From Diplonema japonicum (lineage: Eukaryota > Protista > Euglenozoa: Diplonemea), in the NCBI GenBank assembly GCA_964019335.1, contig OZ025655.1, positions 124,001 to 188,000 of the forward strand: DNA of 64,000 nt, given 5' to 3'. Below the pieces are notes generated by a model. The model made no database searches, was not told where the DNA came from, and worked only from the letters and a program-made list of their open reading frames with translations. Positions 51,674 to 62,872 of the stretch are shown here, one piece after another; within the stretch, counting starts at the first letter, position 1, and the number at the start of each line of letters is the position of its first letter. The position numbers and the translations under genes are program-made.

Positions 51674-54322
51674 TTAGAATCTTGGAACGGGGAAACAGGT
51701 GCACCTGCGCCCGTGGGGAAAAGGTTGGACGGGGCCTGTTCTCGTTGGGCACATCGGCTTGTCCACGCACTTGGAGTCGTAGTAGTCGCAGTGGTGCTCT
51801 GCCATCGCACAGCTTTCCCTGTCCTTCAGAGAGCACTGCTGCCCGGCCGAGTGGATAAAGACAACGAAATGGAGGAGCTTCCTGGTGACGGGGATCACGA
51901 TGGGGGCCGAGCCTGCTTCCACCTGCAGCCTGAAGGTCACAGTCGGGTGGTGTGGAACGTCAGTGGGGGCCCCCGCGAAGGTGGGGAGATACCTGGGCCC
52001 ACACCCCGCCGCTTCGAATCCAGCATCCAGCAGTCCCTTCGGGAGGCCTCCGTTCATCCCCGAGCTGCACGGGAGGCAGTTGTGTACCGTCACGTAGAAG
52101 GTGCACGGGTCTGTGTGGTGCGCGCTATCTTCTCCATGAGGGCACACCAGCTTCACGTACATCCCCTCCTTCCCAAACGCCCCCATGTGAGCAGTCGACC
52201 CCTCCAGCCACTCCGGGATCCGTACCCATTGCTGCCCGCTCACATCGTCTCCGACCCACACCCCAAGGGGGCTCTCGCCGCCGCCTTCCTTCCCCACCTC
52301 CTTCACCACCACAGGATGGGCTCCCCCGACCAGCTCTACAGTGCCCTTGTTCTCCCCCTGCTGCGGGTCGGTCTCCTCCGGGACGCCATAGATGTTCAGC
52401 CCGTTGGAAGTGTCCCCGCTCGCGAAGATGTAGCCCCCCTCCGCAACAAGGGAAAGGAGGAAGCCAGAGTTGTCCTGCCCAAGAAGGACAAAGGTGTTCG
52501 CGGCGGGCTCCTCGACCGCCACCAGGCCCTGGTCCTTGCAGGCGAGGTACAGCTTCGAGTTGTAGAGCTGGATCGACGTGCAGCGCGACCCGTCCCCTTC
52601 CCGCAGGGGGTACGGGAGCTCCACCGTCACCTGCATCCCTGTCGCCGCATCGAACTTCACAAGAGTTCCCTTGTGGCTGTCCGTCACCCCGTAGATGTGG
52701 CCCTTCCAGTAGATCCCTTGGAACACGGTGAAGCTCCCGATGTCAAAGTGGGGGAAGCTGCGCTCCACCTCGGGGTGCTCGGGGTCCGACACGTCGATCA
52801 CAATGATGCTGTTCGAGGACATCGTGGCATACACCTTCCCGTTGAACCACACAGAGCTCGTGTGTGTGTCCATCCCTGGGATCTTCAAGTGCCCCGCCTC
52901 AGACAGGCCGTTCTTCCTCAGCACAATAAACCAGGTCACAGCCTCGGGGTGCCTGTCCTTCTCGTGGCAGGTCAGGTAGATGTGGTCAGGAGACTGCTCA
53001 AGGAACCTCCCCCCGCGAGTCTTCGTGCAACCAGTGGGGTACCTGTAGGTGGACCGGAGAACAGGGGCCTTGGGGTCCCTGCTGATGTCATAGGACTTGA
53101 TCATGGTTGGGAGGGCTATGTACAGCATCCCCTTCCCATCTGTCAGAAGGCTCTTCCCCTCCAGCTGGTCCATCGTCCCCACCTCCTTCGGGTCCGTCTT
53201 ATCCCTCACATTGTGAATGTGAACCATATCCTTGTCCTTCAGGAGGTACGTGTAGTCTCCCTCTTTCGCCAGATCGTACGCGTTCCCAGGGACAGCGAGG
53301 GAGGCCAGCAGCTTGATCTCAGGGATCTCCTCCGGGACGCCATAGATGTTCAGCCCGTTGGAAGTGTCCCCGCTCGCGAAGATGTAGCCCCCCTCCGCAA
53401 CAAGGGAAAGGAGGAAGCCAGAGTTGTCCTGCCCAAGAAGGACAATTGTGTCTGGGAGCGGCTCGTCAACTACGATGAGGCCCTGGTCCTTGCAGGCAAG
53501 GTACAGCTTCGAGTTGTAGAGCTGGATCGACGTGCAGCGCGACTGACCCAGAGGGGAGGGGAGGTCCAGGGTCTGCCGCAGCCCCGTCGCCGCATCGAAC
53601 TTTACGAGGGCCCCTCTGTGGCTGTCCGTCACCCCGTAGATGTGGCCCTTCCAGTAGATCCCTTGGAACACGGTGAAGCTCCCGATGTCAAAGTGGGGGA
53701 AGCTGCGCTTCTCGGTAGGGTGCTCGGGGTCTGACACGTCGATCACAATGATGCTGTTCGAGGACATCGTGGCATACACCTTCCCGTTGAACCACACGGA
53801 GCTCGTGTGTGTGTCCATCCCTGGGATCTTCAAGTGCCCCGCCTCAGACAGGCCGTTCTTCCTCAGCACAATAAACCAGGTCACAGCCTCGGGGTGCCTG
53901 TCCTTCTCGTGGCAGGTCAGGTAGATGTGGTCGGGAGACTGCTCAAGGAACCTCCCCCCGCGAGTCTTCGTGCAACCAGTGGGGTACCTGTAGGTGGACC
54001 GGAGAACAGGGGCCTTGGGGTCCCTGCTGATGTCGTAGGACCTGATCATGGTTGGGAGGGCTATGTACAGCATCCCCTTCCCATCTGTCAGAAGACTCTT
54101 CCCCTCCAGCTGGTCCATCGTCCTCACCTCCTTCGGGTCCGTCTTATCCCTCACATTGTGAATGTGAACCATGTCCTTGTCCTTCAGGAGGTACGTGTAG
54201 TCTCCCTCTTTCGCCAGATCGTACGCGTTCCCAGGGACAGCGAGGGAGGCCAGCAGCTTGATCTCATCGTGCGTAGCGGTTGCACTGAGCGCCGTCGCAA
54301 GCAGTAGCACTGCTCTCATCAT
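51674..54322 (-). CDS. 882-aa secreted beta-propeller protein; first-transcribed array copy with unique upstream flank
   Basis: Translation identical to 31454-34102; sequence beyond 54376 is unique. Confidence 0.85.
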   Translation of the reverse strand: MMRAVLLLATALSATATHDEIKLLASLAVPGNAYDLAKEGDYTYLLKDKDMVHIHNVRDKTDPKEVRTMDQLEGKSLLTDGKGMLYIALPTMIRSYDISRDPKAPVLRSTYRYPTGCTKTRGGRFLEQSPDHIYLTCHEKDRHPEAVTWFIVLRKNGLSEAGHLKIPGMDTHTSSVWFNGKVYATMSSNSIIVIDVSDPEHPTEKRSFPHFDIGSFTVFQGIYWKGHIYGVTDSHRGALVKFDAATGLRQTLDLPSPLGQSRCTSIQLYNSKLYLACKDQGLIVVDEPLPDTIVLLGQDNSGFLLSLVAEGGYIFASGDTSNGLNIYGVPEEIPEIKLLASLAVPGNAYDLAKEGDYTYLLKDKDMVHIHNVRDKTDPKEVGTMDQLEGKSLLTDGKGMLYIALPTMIKSYDISRDPKAPVLRSTYRYPTGCTKTRGGRFLEQSPDHIYLTCHEKDRHPEAVTWFIVLRKNGLSEAGHLKIPGMDTHTSSVWFNGKVYATMSSNSIIVIDVSDPEHPEVERSFPHFDIGSFTVFQGIYWKGHIYGVTDSHKGTLVKFDAATGMQVTVELPYPLREGDGSRCTSIQLYNSKLYLACKDQGLVAVEEPAANTFVLLGQDNSGFLLSLVAEGGYIFASGDTSNGLNIYGVPEETDPQQGENKGTVELVGGAHPVVVKEVGKEGGGESPLGVWVGDDVSGQQWVRIPEWLEGSTAHMGAFGKEGMYVKLVCPHGEDSAHHTDPCTFYVTVHNCLPCSSGMNGGLPKGLLDAGFEAAGCGPRYLPTFAGAPTDVPHHPTVTFRLQVEAGSAPIVIPVTRKLLHFVVFIHSAGQQCSLKDRESCAMAEHHCDYYDSKCVDKPMCPTRTGPVQPFPHGRRCTCFPVPRF

Positions 54323-54434
54323 CTCTTCTTTTTGTTTTGTTTATGTGGTGTGGGTGTAACCTGTGTACGGGTGTGAGCGAAAGAAAAACCAAGTCGAATG
54401 GTACAACAAATCTATAATAAATGTATGTTTGTAT

Positions 54435-55142
54435 CTATTGCCCACTAGACCCGAGGGTGACGGTGACCCATTCGGGAGGGATGCCCAAGGAATGCGCGAT
54501 GTCATGCACGGCTGCCTGGTGCAGCTTTCGACGTGCAACCTCTGTGGTGCTCTGCAGGGTAGTATAGCTGGTGTTTGCAAGGGTCATCTTGCCCGTAAGT
54601 GTTGCGGTGGTGACGTCAGCATGAGATGACACCTCTGCAGGGTGCAAGGGGTGGAAGGGATACCACAGGGTGGGGTCCTGCTTCATGGAGCGCTGATAGT
54701 TACGCTGGACAGATAAAGGAACAAGGTAAGTCCCAGAAGAGGAAGTAGTTGAAGAAGAGGTGGGGGAGGCGTGATGGTCGGCAGGGTCTTGTGATAGAAG
54801 TGACAGAGCATCGGGACATCTTTTCCCCTCCGGTACACGTGAAGAATGAGCTGAAGGAAAATAACCTAAGAACTTCTCAACATCTCTCTCGTTGCTCATT
54901 TGTAGCAGCATGTCATGGCTGTCATGCATCCACAGCGCTACCTGCTTAACCGCTACGGAAACCTTTCGCACATCTCTTTCTGTTATCACTTTCTCCCCAA
55001 TTGCTATCGTGTTTCTTTCCTGTTTTATCCTGCACTCCGCCTCCCCGTCGTCATACAACTCCTGCACCCTCAACGACAGGGTGTGCTTCTTCACCTTGTC
55101 CGCGACCTCATGCGTTAGAAAGCTAGTCTCCCTTTGCGACAT
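54435..55142 (-). CDS. Hypothetical protein (~235 aa)
   Basis: Single ORF, MSQRETSFL...LGIPPEWVTVTLGSSGQ*; no recognised family. Confidence 0.55.
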   Translation of the reverse strand: MSQRETSFLTHEVADKVKKHTLSLRVQELYDDGEAECRIKQERNTIAIGEKVITERDVRKVSVAVKQVALWMHDSHDMLLQMSNERDVEKFLGYFPSAHSSRVPEGKRCPDALSLLSQDPADHHASPTSSSTTSSSGTYLVPLSVQRNYQRSMKQDPTLWYPFHPLHPAEVSSHADVTTATLTGKMTLANTSYTTLQSTTEVARRKLHQAAVHDIAHSLGIPPEWVTVTLGSSGQ

Positions 55143-56040
55143 AAAACTCAAGTAAAAAAATACCCCTCCACCACCCTCCCACCTTAATATTTTTACTTTA
55201 ATTCTTCACACTTCAGCACATCAAGAAATTTACTTTAAAAAAAGGAACATATTAGTGAAGTGGGAAGCTATCCATTTCGTCCACTTTTTCTTCTTTTCTT
55301 TCCCCCCTTTCAAGACTGTTGTAAAGACTCGAAAAAAAGGGGTGGGGACTGTTTTCTCTCCACATTTTGGACGAGAAATGCCCCTTGAGGTAGGAACATC
55401 AACGATGCTGCTTAGCTTGCGATTGATGCCTGAGATCAGGGTCAGCAGCATTTGCTCAAACCCTACTAAAAAGAACTCCGCTTGTACGTACCGTGCTGGG
55501 CTTGAAAAAAACACGTTGCCAATGTTCCATTTTTGCTCGGAGAGGTAGAAAACCCGAGAAGCTTATGACCCGCAACACCCTGCGTCAAAGACCCGTTCTT
55601 AAAGAAAAAAAAGTGGGATAACAGTACCATTTTCACTGCTTCCCAGTACGCGACCACTGGAGCAGGATGAGGCACAGAAATTATAAGAACAACATCTCGG
55701 TGAGTGCACTGCGAAAAGAAAATCGGTTTATCCATCATGATCGACTTCCCCGTACGTAAAGAAAGGTAACGAGAGTTAAAGTAACGGCCTTACCCTTCCG
55801 GTCACCTGAGTCACAGCTGCCTTGATGGCCGCTTTCAAGACGGTCAGTTTTCCGGGTGCAGGGCCTTTGCTTTTGTGCTGGCTGCTGCTGAACTGGGCAA
55901 TTCATAAATCATAAAAAAAAGGGGGGTGGGATACAAATTACAGAAGAACAGAACGAAAGGGGGAAAGAAAAATAAAAAAATAACTGGAGGGTGCAAAAAT
56001 AAAATAAAAATAAAAAAAAAGTACATACTACCCCGTTGTT

Positions 56041-59000
56041 TCAGGGATGGGAATGTTGTAAGTCATGAAAAGAAACCCTTGTTTGACCAGGGTTCCGTGC
56101 CTCCCATTGGTGAAGGTGGTTGAGGTAGGAACGGTAAAGGCGTTTAAGAGACGTAGCCATTTGCAAGGCACGGTGCGCACGCCAGTTACGCTGTATGATG
56201 AGGGCGACGGAGTGTAAAGCTGTGTCATCTGTGTCAGGAAGCAGTGTCGCACATACACCAGGCACACCGTACAGAACTGCACATACTAAGAACTTCCCTT
56301 CCGGCCTCCCTATACCCGACCCCCGCATCTCTAGCACAGACTGCCTCCATATGACAACACTGTTCCGAGACAAGGTGGCACCGTCGACTGGGTCCACAGA
56401 AAGCTCCATCACATCGCCATATACAGACGGCTGTGCCATCCCCACAGCACGCATCGTGTTCTGCTTCTTCAAGCACCCGTCACGATGTCTGTACAGCAGG
56501 CCCAGCCTTGACCCTGGCTCGCCATATGGGATGACACCCACCAGTGTCTCAACGGGGCTCGCCTTGTTGTTCGTCATCTCTAATTTCCATCTCAGTTTGA
56601 AGCTGCCGGACAGCTGCTGCTGCGACACAACAATCGCATCCCTGTAAGAAGTCTTCCACAGCATTGTTCCCTCCTCTGACATGTCTGCGTGCACTGGCAG
56701 CGAGCTTGCATCCCACCGTAGGCACCCCCCTGGTGTTCTCGGACCGCACGACGCGCTGAGCCATGACGGGGGAACAATCCCACGGGACCGAACAGCGTTC
56801 GCATCCAACCGGGCAGGACGACTAGGAGTCGTGCTAGGCCTTTCTGCCTGCGGTTGACGCGGCATCAAACTCTTGTTTGTAGGGGTGTTGGCACCCTCTG
56901 TCGCGTTCAGCCTGTTCCTTCTGAAGGAGCCACCACTGGGGGACGTCGGCTCGTCCACGACAACAGGGGGACCTATCACCCGACGTATCCTGCAGAGGTA
57001 CTCTTTTAAGCTCAGGTTTCCATCTTGTAGCCCTGTCCACATTTTCGTTTCCCACTCCTCGCTGTACACTGTGTCGCTGGGCTGCTCGTGGCACAATCCC
57101 AGCAGGAATGATCTACTGGACGACACGTTGTCATCTTCCCAATTGACCCGCTTTGTCCGCTGCGTGCTGTACTGCTCACGCCTTGTAGCGGCCAGCCTAC
57201 GTACTAAAACTCCTCTCCAGCATTTCTGCAGGACAGTAACTGCCTCAAGCAATGGAGCCCGCTGCATATAAAGCCCTGTTACCGTTGGCCGCACACCGCT
57301 GGTGTAGTAGTTCATCTCATTCTTCACTAGATGCTTGATGTACGTCGCGTACTCTTCCTTTCGCCGAGTTGTTCGCTTCCGTACACCACATGCCCTCCAT
57401 GTGCGCTGGATCACTGTTGCACACATCCTGAGGTCTGGCGTCGTCCTCTTGATGTACTCCGCATACTGCTCCTTGCGCCTTGCCACTAGAAGTATTGCAC
57501 TGTGCATCCTCCACTGGCACTGGATGACAAGCGATGCCCTGTCCCTCATGTCCCGCTCCGTGATGTATAACCTGTAGAGAAGCAGCCGTTTGCTGACAAG
57601 GTGCCTAGCGAAGCAAGCACGCAGCCAGGACTGCAAACGGAGCACCACGCTGTCTGGCCGCTCTCGCAGCACGCGGAGTTCCTTGTTGTCGAGATACTGC
57701 TTTTTCCTTCCCTGCACCACGATGTACACAAGCTTCCTCCTCATGCATGCCTGGATGCGCGTCGCTGCGTTGTCTCTCAAGGCGCCCTCGTGCTGGATGC
57801 GCTCGCAAGTCTGGTAGTCGTATTGCTGCTTTCTCACACCATAACAGGTACGAGCAATGTGCCCCCGCAGCTGTTTTTGTATCGCAACAGCAGCATCATG
57901 GCTAACCCTACCCTCTCTCAGCAGCCTCGCATCCCGTCTGTCTTCCATTGCCTTCATCTTCCTGGAGTGCAGTCTCCTCGCTAGGTGCCCCCTGATCGAG
58001 CGCTGTATCATAATAGCAGCATTGTTCTCATTCATTGGCATCTCGCATGCGACCCTATTCTTCATCTCCGCCAGGTAAATCTGCTTGGCGTTATGGTACC
58101 GAGCAACAGCAGCGTACCTTCTGTACTCCTTCTGGATTACGAGAACGGCGGTAAGTCTGCTGGTTATGTGTGCAGCCTCATCTCCAGCGCCCGCTGCTCT
58201 GTAGTTTCTGTACTCAGAGACACGACGCGTCGCCTTCTTCCTTGCAAGGCGCCCCCGCACCATGGCCTGTATCATGGTCGCAGCATTGCTGGGATCCCTG
58301 TGCAAGGTGCGTATGTAGCTCTTGTACTGCACAGTCCTCCTTCGGAACAGGCACCTTGCAAGGTGCATTCTCATCGTCTTCTGGATGACAGCAGCAGCGC
58401 CTTCCCTTCGTTCTATTACAAGTCTTTCCTGCAAGTGCGCTGCAGACAGCGTGTGGCAGTACATGACACGCAGCTGCGACATTGCTTTGACAGCAACGTA
58501 CATACGCCACATGGACTGGATCTTGCGTGCGGCCTCCCTTCCAGACATCCTCTTGTGGCACGGCATCTGCGCGGGGCGCTGTTTGGTGAGCTGCATCAGC
58601 TGTCTCTGGAGGCTTGTCCGTTCCCATTCACTTCTCTGCTTCTTGTACATGAGGTAGTCGCGTTTCCGTTGTGCGGCGAGCCACCTGGCGGCGCAGAGGC
58701 GCCACGTTGCCTGGATGGTGATAGCTGCGGTGATACGCTGCTTGATGTCGGCGGGTGTGCGGTTCTTGTGCCGTGCGGAAGGGTGATGGAGATTGGAGAC
58801 AGGCGGGGCGGGGGAGAGGGGCGAGGTGGGCAGCTTGGGTAGAGTGGGGGACAGGGGGAAAGAGGGCGATCTTGACACAGGAACAGGCGGGAAAGGAGAG
58901 TGCCCGGTGTACTTAGATGCGGTAAACAAAAGCTTGTTATCACGTCGTGCGCTCTGCGGCCGTGCACCTGCGATCTTTGACTTCTTATCCAACAAGATAA

Positions 59001-59421
59001 GCGCGTTTCGAGCAGGGACCGATGACTCCCTTTCTCGCCCGTTCTGCTTAAGTACAGCACTGCGCTGTAAACACTCCTGTGCTGCTGATGTGAGCCCATC
59101 GCGGGCATCAGTGATGTTACCCATCTTCTCGTTCACGCTAGCAAGTGCAGAGATGAAGTCAGTCCTATGCTTCCACATCAGGCTCTCACGCAAGGTGAAC
59201 CAAATGGGTGGATCGTCAATCAGCTGGATACCTCTGCAAAAAGCGTGTTTCGCCTCACTCAACTGCTGCAGTTTCGCGTAGTGCACCCCTGTCTCCATCA
59301 GAACCTCGATCAGCCTTGAGGACAGCGCTACGCTACCGAATCCTACGTTCGGCTTCTTGAGGCGGGCTACGAGAAACTCTGCCTCGCAATTCATGCCATC
59401 TACCCCACGAGGGGCCATCAC
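56041..59421 (-). CDS. Multi-IQ-motif (calmodulin-binding) protein with TPR-like N-terminus and SPRY-like C-terminal domain, 1126 aa
   Basis: About 13 IQxxxRxx motifs (IQATWRLC, IQSMWRMY, IQAMVRGR, IQRSIRGH, IQKQLRGH, LQKCWRGV, IQRNWRAH and others). SPRY-like beta segment TLVGV...YGDVMELSVD. Confidence 0.8.
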   Translation of the reverse strand: MMAPRGVDGMNCEAEFLVARLKKPNVGFGSVALSSRLIEVLMETGVHYAKLQQLSEAKHAFCRGIQLIDDPPIWFTLRESLMWKHRTDFISALASVNEKMGNITDARDGLTSAAQECLQRSAVLKQNGRERESSVPARNALILLDKKSKIAGARPQSARRDNKLLFTASKYTGHSPFPPVPVSRSPSFPLSPTLPKLPTSPLSPAPPVSNLHHPSARHKNRTPADIKQRITAAITIQATWRLCAARWLAAQRKRDYLMYKKQRSEWERTSLQRQLMQLTKQRPAQMPCHKRMSGREAARKIQSMWRMYVAVKAMSQLRVMYCHTLSAAHLQERLVIERREGAAAVIQKTMRMHLARCLFRRRTVQYKSYIRTLHRDPSNAATMIQAMVRGRLARKKATRRVSEYRNYRAAGAGDEAAHITSRLTAVLVIQKEYRRYAAVARYHNAKQIYLAEMKNRVACEMPMNENNAAIMIQRSIRGHLARRLHSRKMKAMEDRRDARLLREGRVSHDAAVAIQKQLRGHIARTCYGVRKQQYDYQTCERIQHEGALRDNAATRIQACMRRKLVYIVVQGRKKQYLDNKELRVLRERPDSVVLRLQSWLRACFARHLVSKRLLLYRLYITERDMRDRASLVIQCQWRMHSAILLVARRKEQYAEYIKRTTPDLRMCATVIQRTWRACGVRKRTTRRKEEYATYIKHLVKNEMNYYTSGVRPTVTGLYMQRAPLLEAVTVLQKCWRGVLVRRLAATRREQYSTQRTKRVNWEDDNVSSSRSFLLGLCHEQPSDTVYSEEWETKMWTGLQDGNLSLKEYLCRIRRVIGPPVVVDEPTSPSGGSFRRNRLNATEGANTPTNKSLMPRQPQAERPSTTPSRPARLDANAVRSRGIVPPSWLSASCGPRTPGGCLRWDASSLPVHADMSEEGTMLWKTSYRDAIVVSQQQLSGSFKLRWKLEMTNNKASPVETLVGVIPYGEPGSRLGLLYRHRDGCLKKQNTMRAVGMAQPSVYGDVMELSVDPVDGATLSRNSVVIWRQSVLEMRGSGIGRPEGKFLVCAVLYGVPGVCATLLPDTDDTALHSVALIIQRNWRAHRALQMATSLKRLYRSYLNHLHQWEARNPGQTRVSFHDLQHSHP

Positions 59422-61609
59422 ATGTTCTTCTTATTTTCTTTTTCCTTTCTGTTGGTTTTGTGTGCTGGGTGGTCAATGGAAGGAAAAAAAAAAAACTGAA
59501 ATGAAAAAAAAAATGAATAAGAAGAATAAGAAGAGAAGAAGAAAAAAAATAATAAAAAAAAAAAGAGGAATATGAATAATAATAAGAAGAGTATAAAAAA
59601 AAAAACCTTGGCAAAATAAAAAGGGAAAAAGAAAGAAAAAAGGGAAAAAAAAAAAAAAAAAAAGGAAAGGGAATCGGAGGGAAAAAAAAATCTGGGCATG
59701 CATCACTCACGCCTGGTTACCCGTGGAGGGAGGGAAGAAGAATAAAGCTGTGTTTTTCTTTTTTTCGAATTTCTTTTTTTTTTTTTTTATATCTTTTTGC
59801 ATTCTCATTTTATTTTTCTCAGACTCAGAATCCGGTAAATGTGCCAAGTCCTATCCTGAATATGGATATACCTCGGGAAAAGGAGAAGAGATGCAAACAA
59901 AGCCCCTTTAGCCTGTTGGATAACCGACTGATCTCGATCTTACCAATATCTCTAATGCCTTTAAAGGTGCCCTCTCTCACTCTTCTTGGCCTCCAATCAA
60001 AGGTGTGAAATGAATTGGGAAAAAAAAAAAAAAGAAAAAAAAAACTTTTTTAAAAAAAATAAAAGCCAACGAACAGCGGGCATACTTGCGCGCCCTGCTG
60101 CCTCCTCCTTTTATCTTTGTTGTTTTTCTTTTTCTTCTTTTCTTTTTTTTTTTTTCTTTTTTTTTCTTTTCGCACTGCACTTACCCGTTCCCCTTTTCCA
60201 CAAGGAAAGAGATACCATGTAGAGGCAAATGAAGGGACACAAATCGGGGGAAAGAGGGACTTACTTTTTTTTTCTTCTTCTTTTGGCTTGTTTGTTTTTC
60301 TTTCCTTTTTCTCTTTTTTTTTCTTTTTTGTTTCTTTTCCTAATTTTTCTTTTCCTTCCTGGATCAAGAGAAAAAGAACAAGGTACAAAAAAGAAAAGAA
60401 GAAAAAAAAAAAAGCCTTAACTGACTCAATTCAATGGGGCTAGTGTTAACCTGCTCCTCACCTCAGGTTTACTCAGAGCTACACAAGATATCCTAATGGA
60501 AGAAGTGGTGCAGTCGTTGTTGTAAGCCACTTTCTTTTTTCTTTTTTTTTGTCATCTAGAGAAGAAAAAAAGAAATAAAAAAAAAAGAAATAAAAGAGTG
60601 TTACACGTTTGCCTTAAGTGGACGAATGGGAAAGCCAGCAAAAAAGGAGTGGGGGGGGGGGGGGGACGGCTCAGGGAAAAAAATAAAGCTTCCTTTTTTG
60701 ATTGGTTTTTTTGTTTTTTTTTTAAAAGACTGTATGTAGTTGCCAAGATAGCTATGGTTTGGTGTGCACTTTCTTTTTGCAGTGTTTGAGAAAAAAAAGG
60801 GGCAGGGGGGGGGGGGGGGCAATGCTTTTTTCTTTTTTTGAAAAAGGTGATTTATTTTATTATTTTTTCTTTTTCCTTTTTTTTTTTCTTTGAACGGCTA
60901 TACAACAACAAATATTTTCTTTTTTTTTTTTTTTTTAAATGACAACGTTCACAAAAAAAAAAAACAAAAAAAAAAAAAGGAAGAGGGAGATATCCCAATT
61001 CTACCTTTTCTCCCCCCCTCGTTCTTTTTTTTTTCTTTCTTTCTTTCTCCGCTTCGGATCTAATCTGACTTTTTAGAAACTCCTCGGAGGGGCACCAGAG
61101 ACTCTTTTGTGCTCCATCAGGTTCTGGGGATCCAGTCCCTGTCCCGTAAAGGAGACAACAAGATGCTCTTATCCCACACTCTTCATAGAAACATTCTCTA
61201 GCATAATCCTTGAGGGAACTAAATCATGGCAGAACAAGAGAGATCCGGAAGGGGTTACCTCCTAATTTGTGCATTTTTCATTGTGTTTCTCTTTTTTTCT
61301 TTTTTTTTTCTTTTTCTCTTTCTGTTATGCCCTTAGTCTCACATAACATCTACTCAGATGTAGTGTCTCTCTTTTTTTTTTTCTGGGGGGAGGGAGGGAT
61401 GGAAAAAAAAAAAGAAAAAAATGTAACTAAAAACGATGAAGGGGAAGGAAGGGAGGGAGGAGAAAAAAAAAACAGTTAATAAAAACTTTTTTTTTCCATG
61501 TGGTCATTTTCTTTCTTTTTTTTCTTTTCTTTTCTTCCTGCTACTTGTTTTTTTTTTCTTCTTTTTTTCCTTCTTGTATTTCAAACAGAAATACAAGACC
61601 AAAAAATAA

Positions 61610-61645
61610 ATATGAGTTAAAGGAGGCCGGTGTTGGCGGCGCCCT
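61610..61645. repeat. 36-nt dispersed repeat, copy B
   Basis: Exact match to 27944-27979. Confidence 0.8.
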
Positions 61646-62828
61646 TGTAAATAAAAAAATAAAGAATAAATAAAGAATAAAAAAAGCAGACGAAAAAAAA
61701 ATGACCATTATTATTTTTTTTTTTTCTTCTTCTTCGTTCTTTCATATTTTCTTACCCTCGAGCTTCAAAAAAGAAATATCAAAGGGATAAAAAAAAAAAA
61801 AAAAGAGTACCGGAACCATACCAAAACCCAGACACCTCCTGCTTTTCTTTTTTTTTCTTTTTCCCTTTTTTTTTTTCTCTCTTCCATATTGTTCCTGCTG
61901 CTTGAAGGTCCAAGGAAGATAGCCGGAAACTACCTACCTAATGGTTTCAACATAAAATTACTCCTTCACTCGGGTTAAAACCCAACAAAAAGAATCGCCT
62001 GCTCTTTTCTTTTCTTTTTCTTTTTTAAATATTTCTTGCAAATATAACACATAAGAATCTCAAGAACCTTTGTGAGATATGAAACATTGATGACTCTGCC
62101 TCTTTCCCCCCCCCTTTTTTTTTAAAAAAATGTTTTGCTCGAATAACAAGAAGAGGAGGGGAAAATCTTTCTTTTTCCCTTTTTTTTCTTTTTTTTTTTA
62201 ATTCTCCTTTTCTTTCTTTTTTTTTAAATCCCGAGCGAACAAAGAAACAAACAAAAAGCGCATTATTTGCTTAATTATTTACTTGCTTTAGGCTATGCAT
62301 GGAGAAGGGGGAAAAAAAGGGAGGGGGGGAGGGCCGACGAAACTTTTAAATCTTCTGCTCCATTATCTTTGGTCTTAGCCCGATGTCGGGTGTGGAAGGA
62401 ACAAAAAAAAAAAAAAAAAAAAAAAACCCTCAGAGAAAAAAAAAAAAAAATCTCCTGAGAAAAAATTGCGCTCACCTATCTGGAATAAAAAAAAAAAAAA
62501 GAAAAAAAAAAGAAATTCTTTGATGTTTTCTTTTATTTTTTTTTTTTTCCCCTTCGCTTTTCTTTGTTGTATCATAGTATCCAGGGCTAACCGGTCACCA
62601 GTGGGTTTTAAAAAAAGGTTTTTCGGTCAAAGTCCGAAATTTGTAATTACAAAGCACGTTGATGACCCATAGATACCTATGTGTATGCAATAAGAAATCC
62701 AACGCATCGACCCTTTTAACTATAAAAAGAATCTTTCAAAAAAGTGCGCGTTCGTCCACGCCTAACCAAGGTGAGATAGCCAATCGCTACGAACGGCCTC
62801 TTGGGTGGAGGGTTTTCTTTTCTTTTGT

Positions 62829-62872
<44 letters not shown>

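Larger units (their letters stand above)
30781..54376. repeat. Tandem gene array: 7 x 3370-bp units plus a 6-bp terminal microhomology (GTGTGA)
   Basis: ORF coordinates recur every 3370 bp with identical translations. The unit begins with GTGTGA at 30781; the last GTGTGA at 54371-54376 is followed by unique sequence. Confidence 0.95.

Noticed and set aside
30781-54376. Array as a transposon, CRISPR or rDNA/SL RNA repeat
   Set aside because: No transposase or RT, terminal repeats, spacers, rRNA or recognisable spliced-leader sequence; the unit is one gene plus its spacer.
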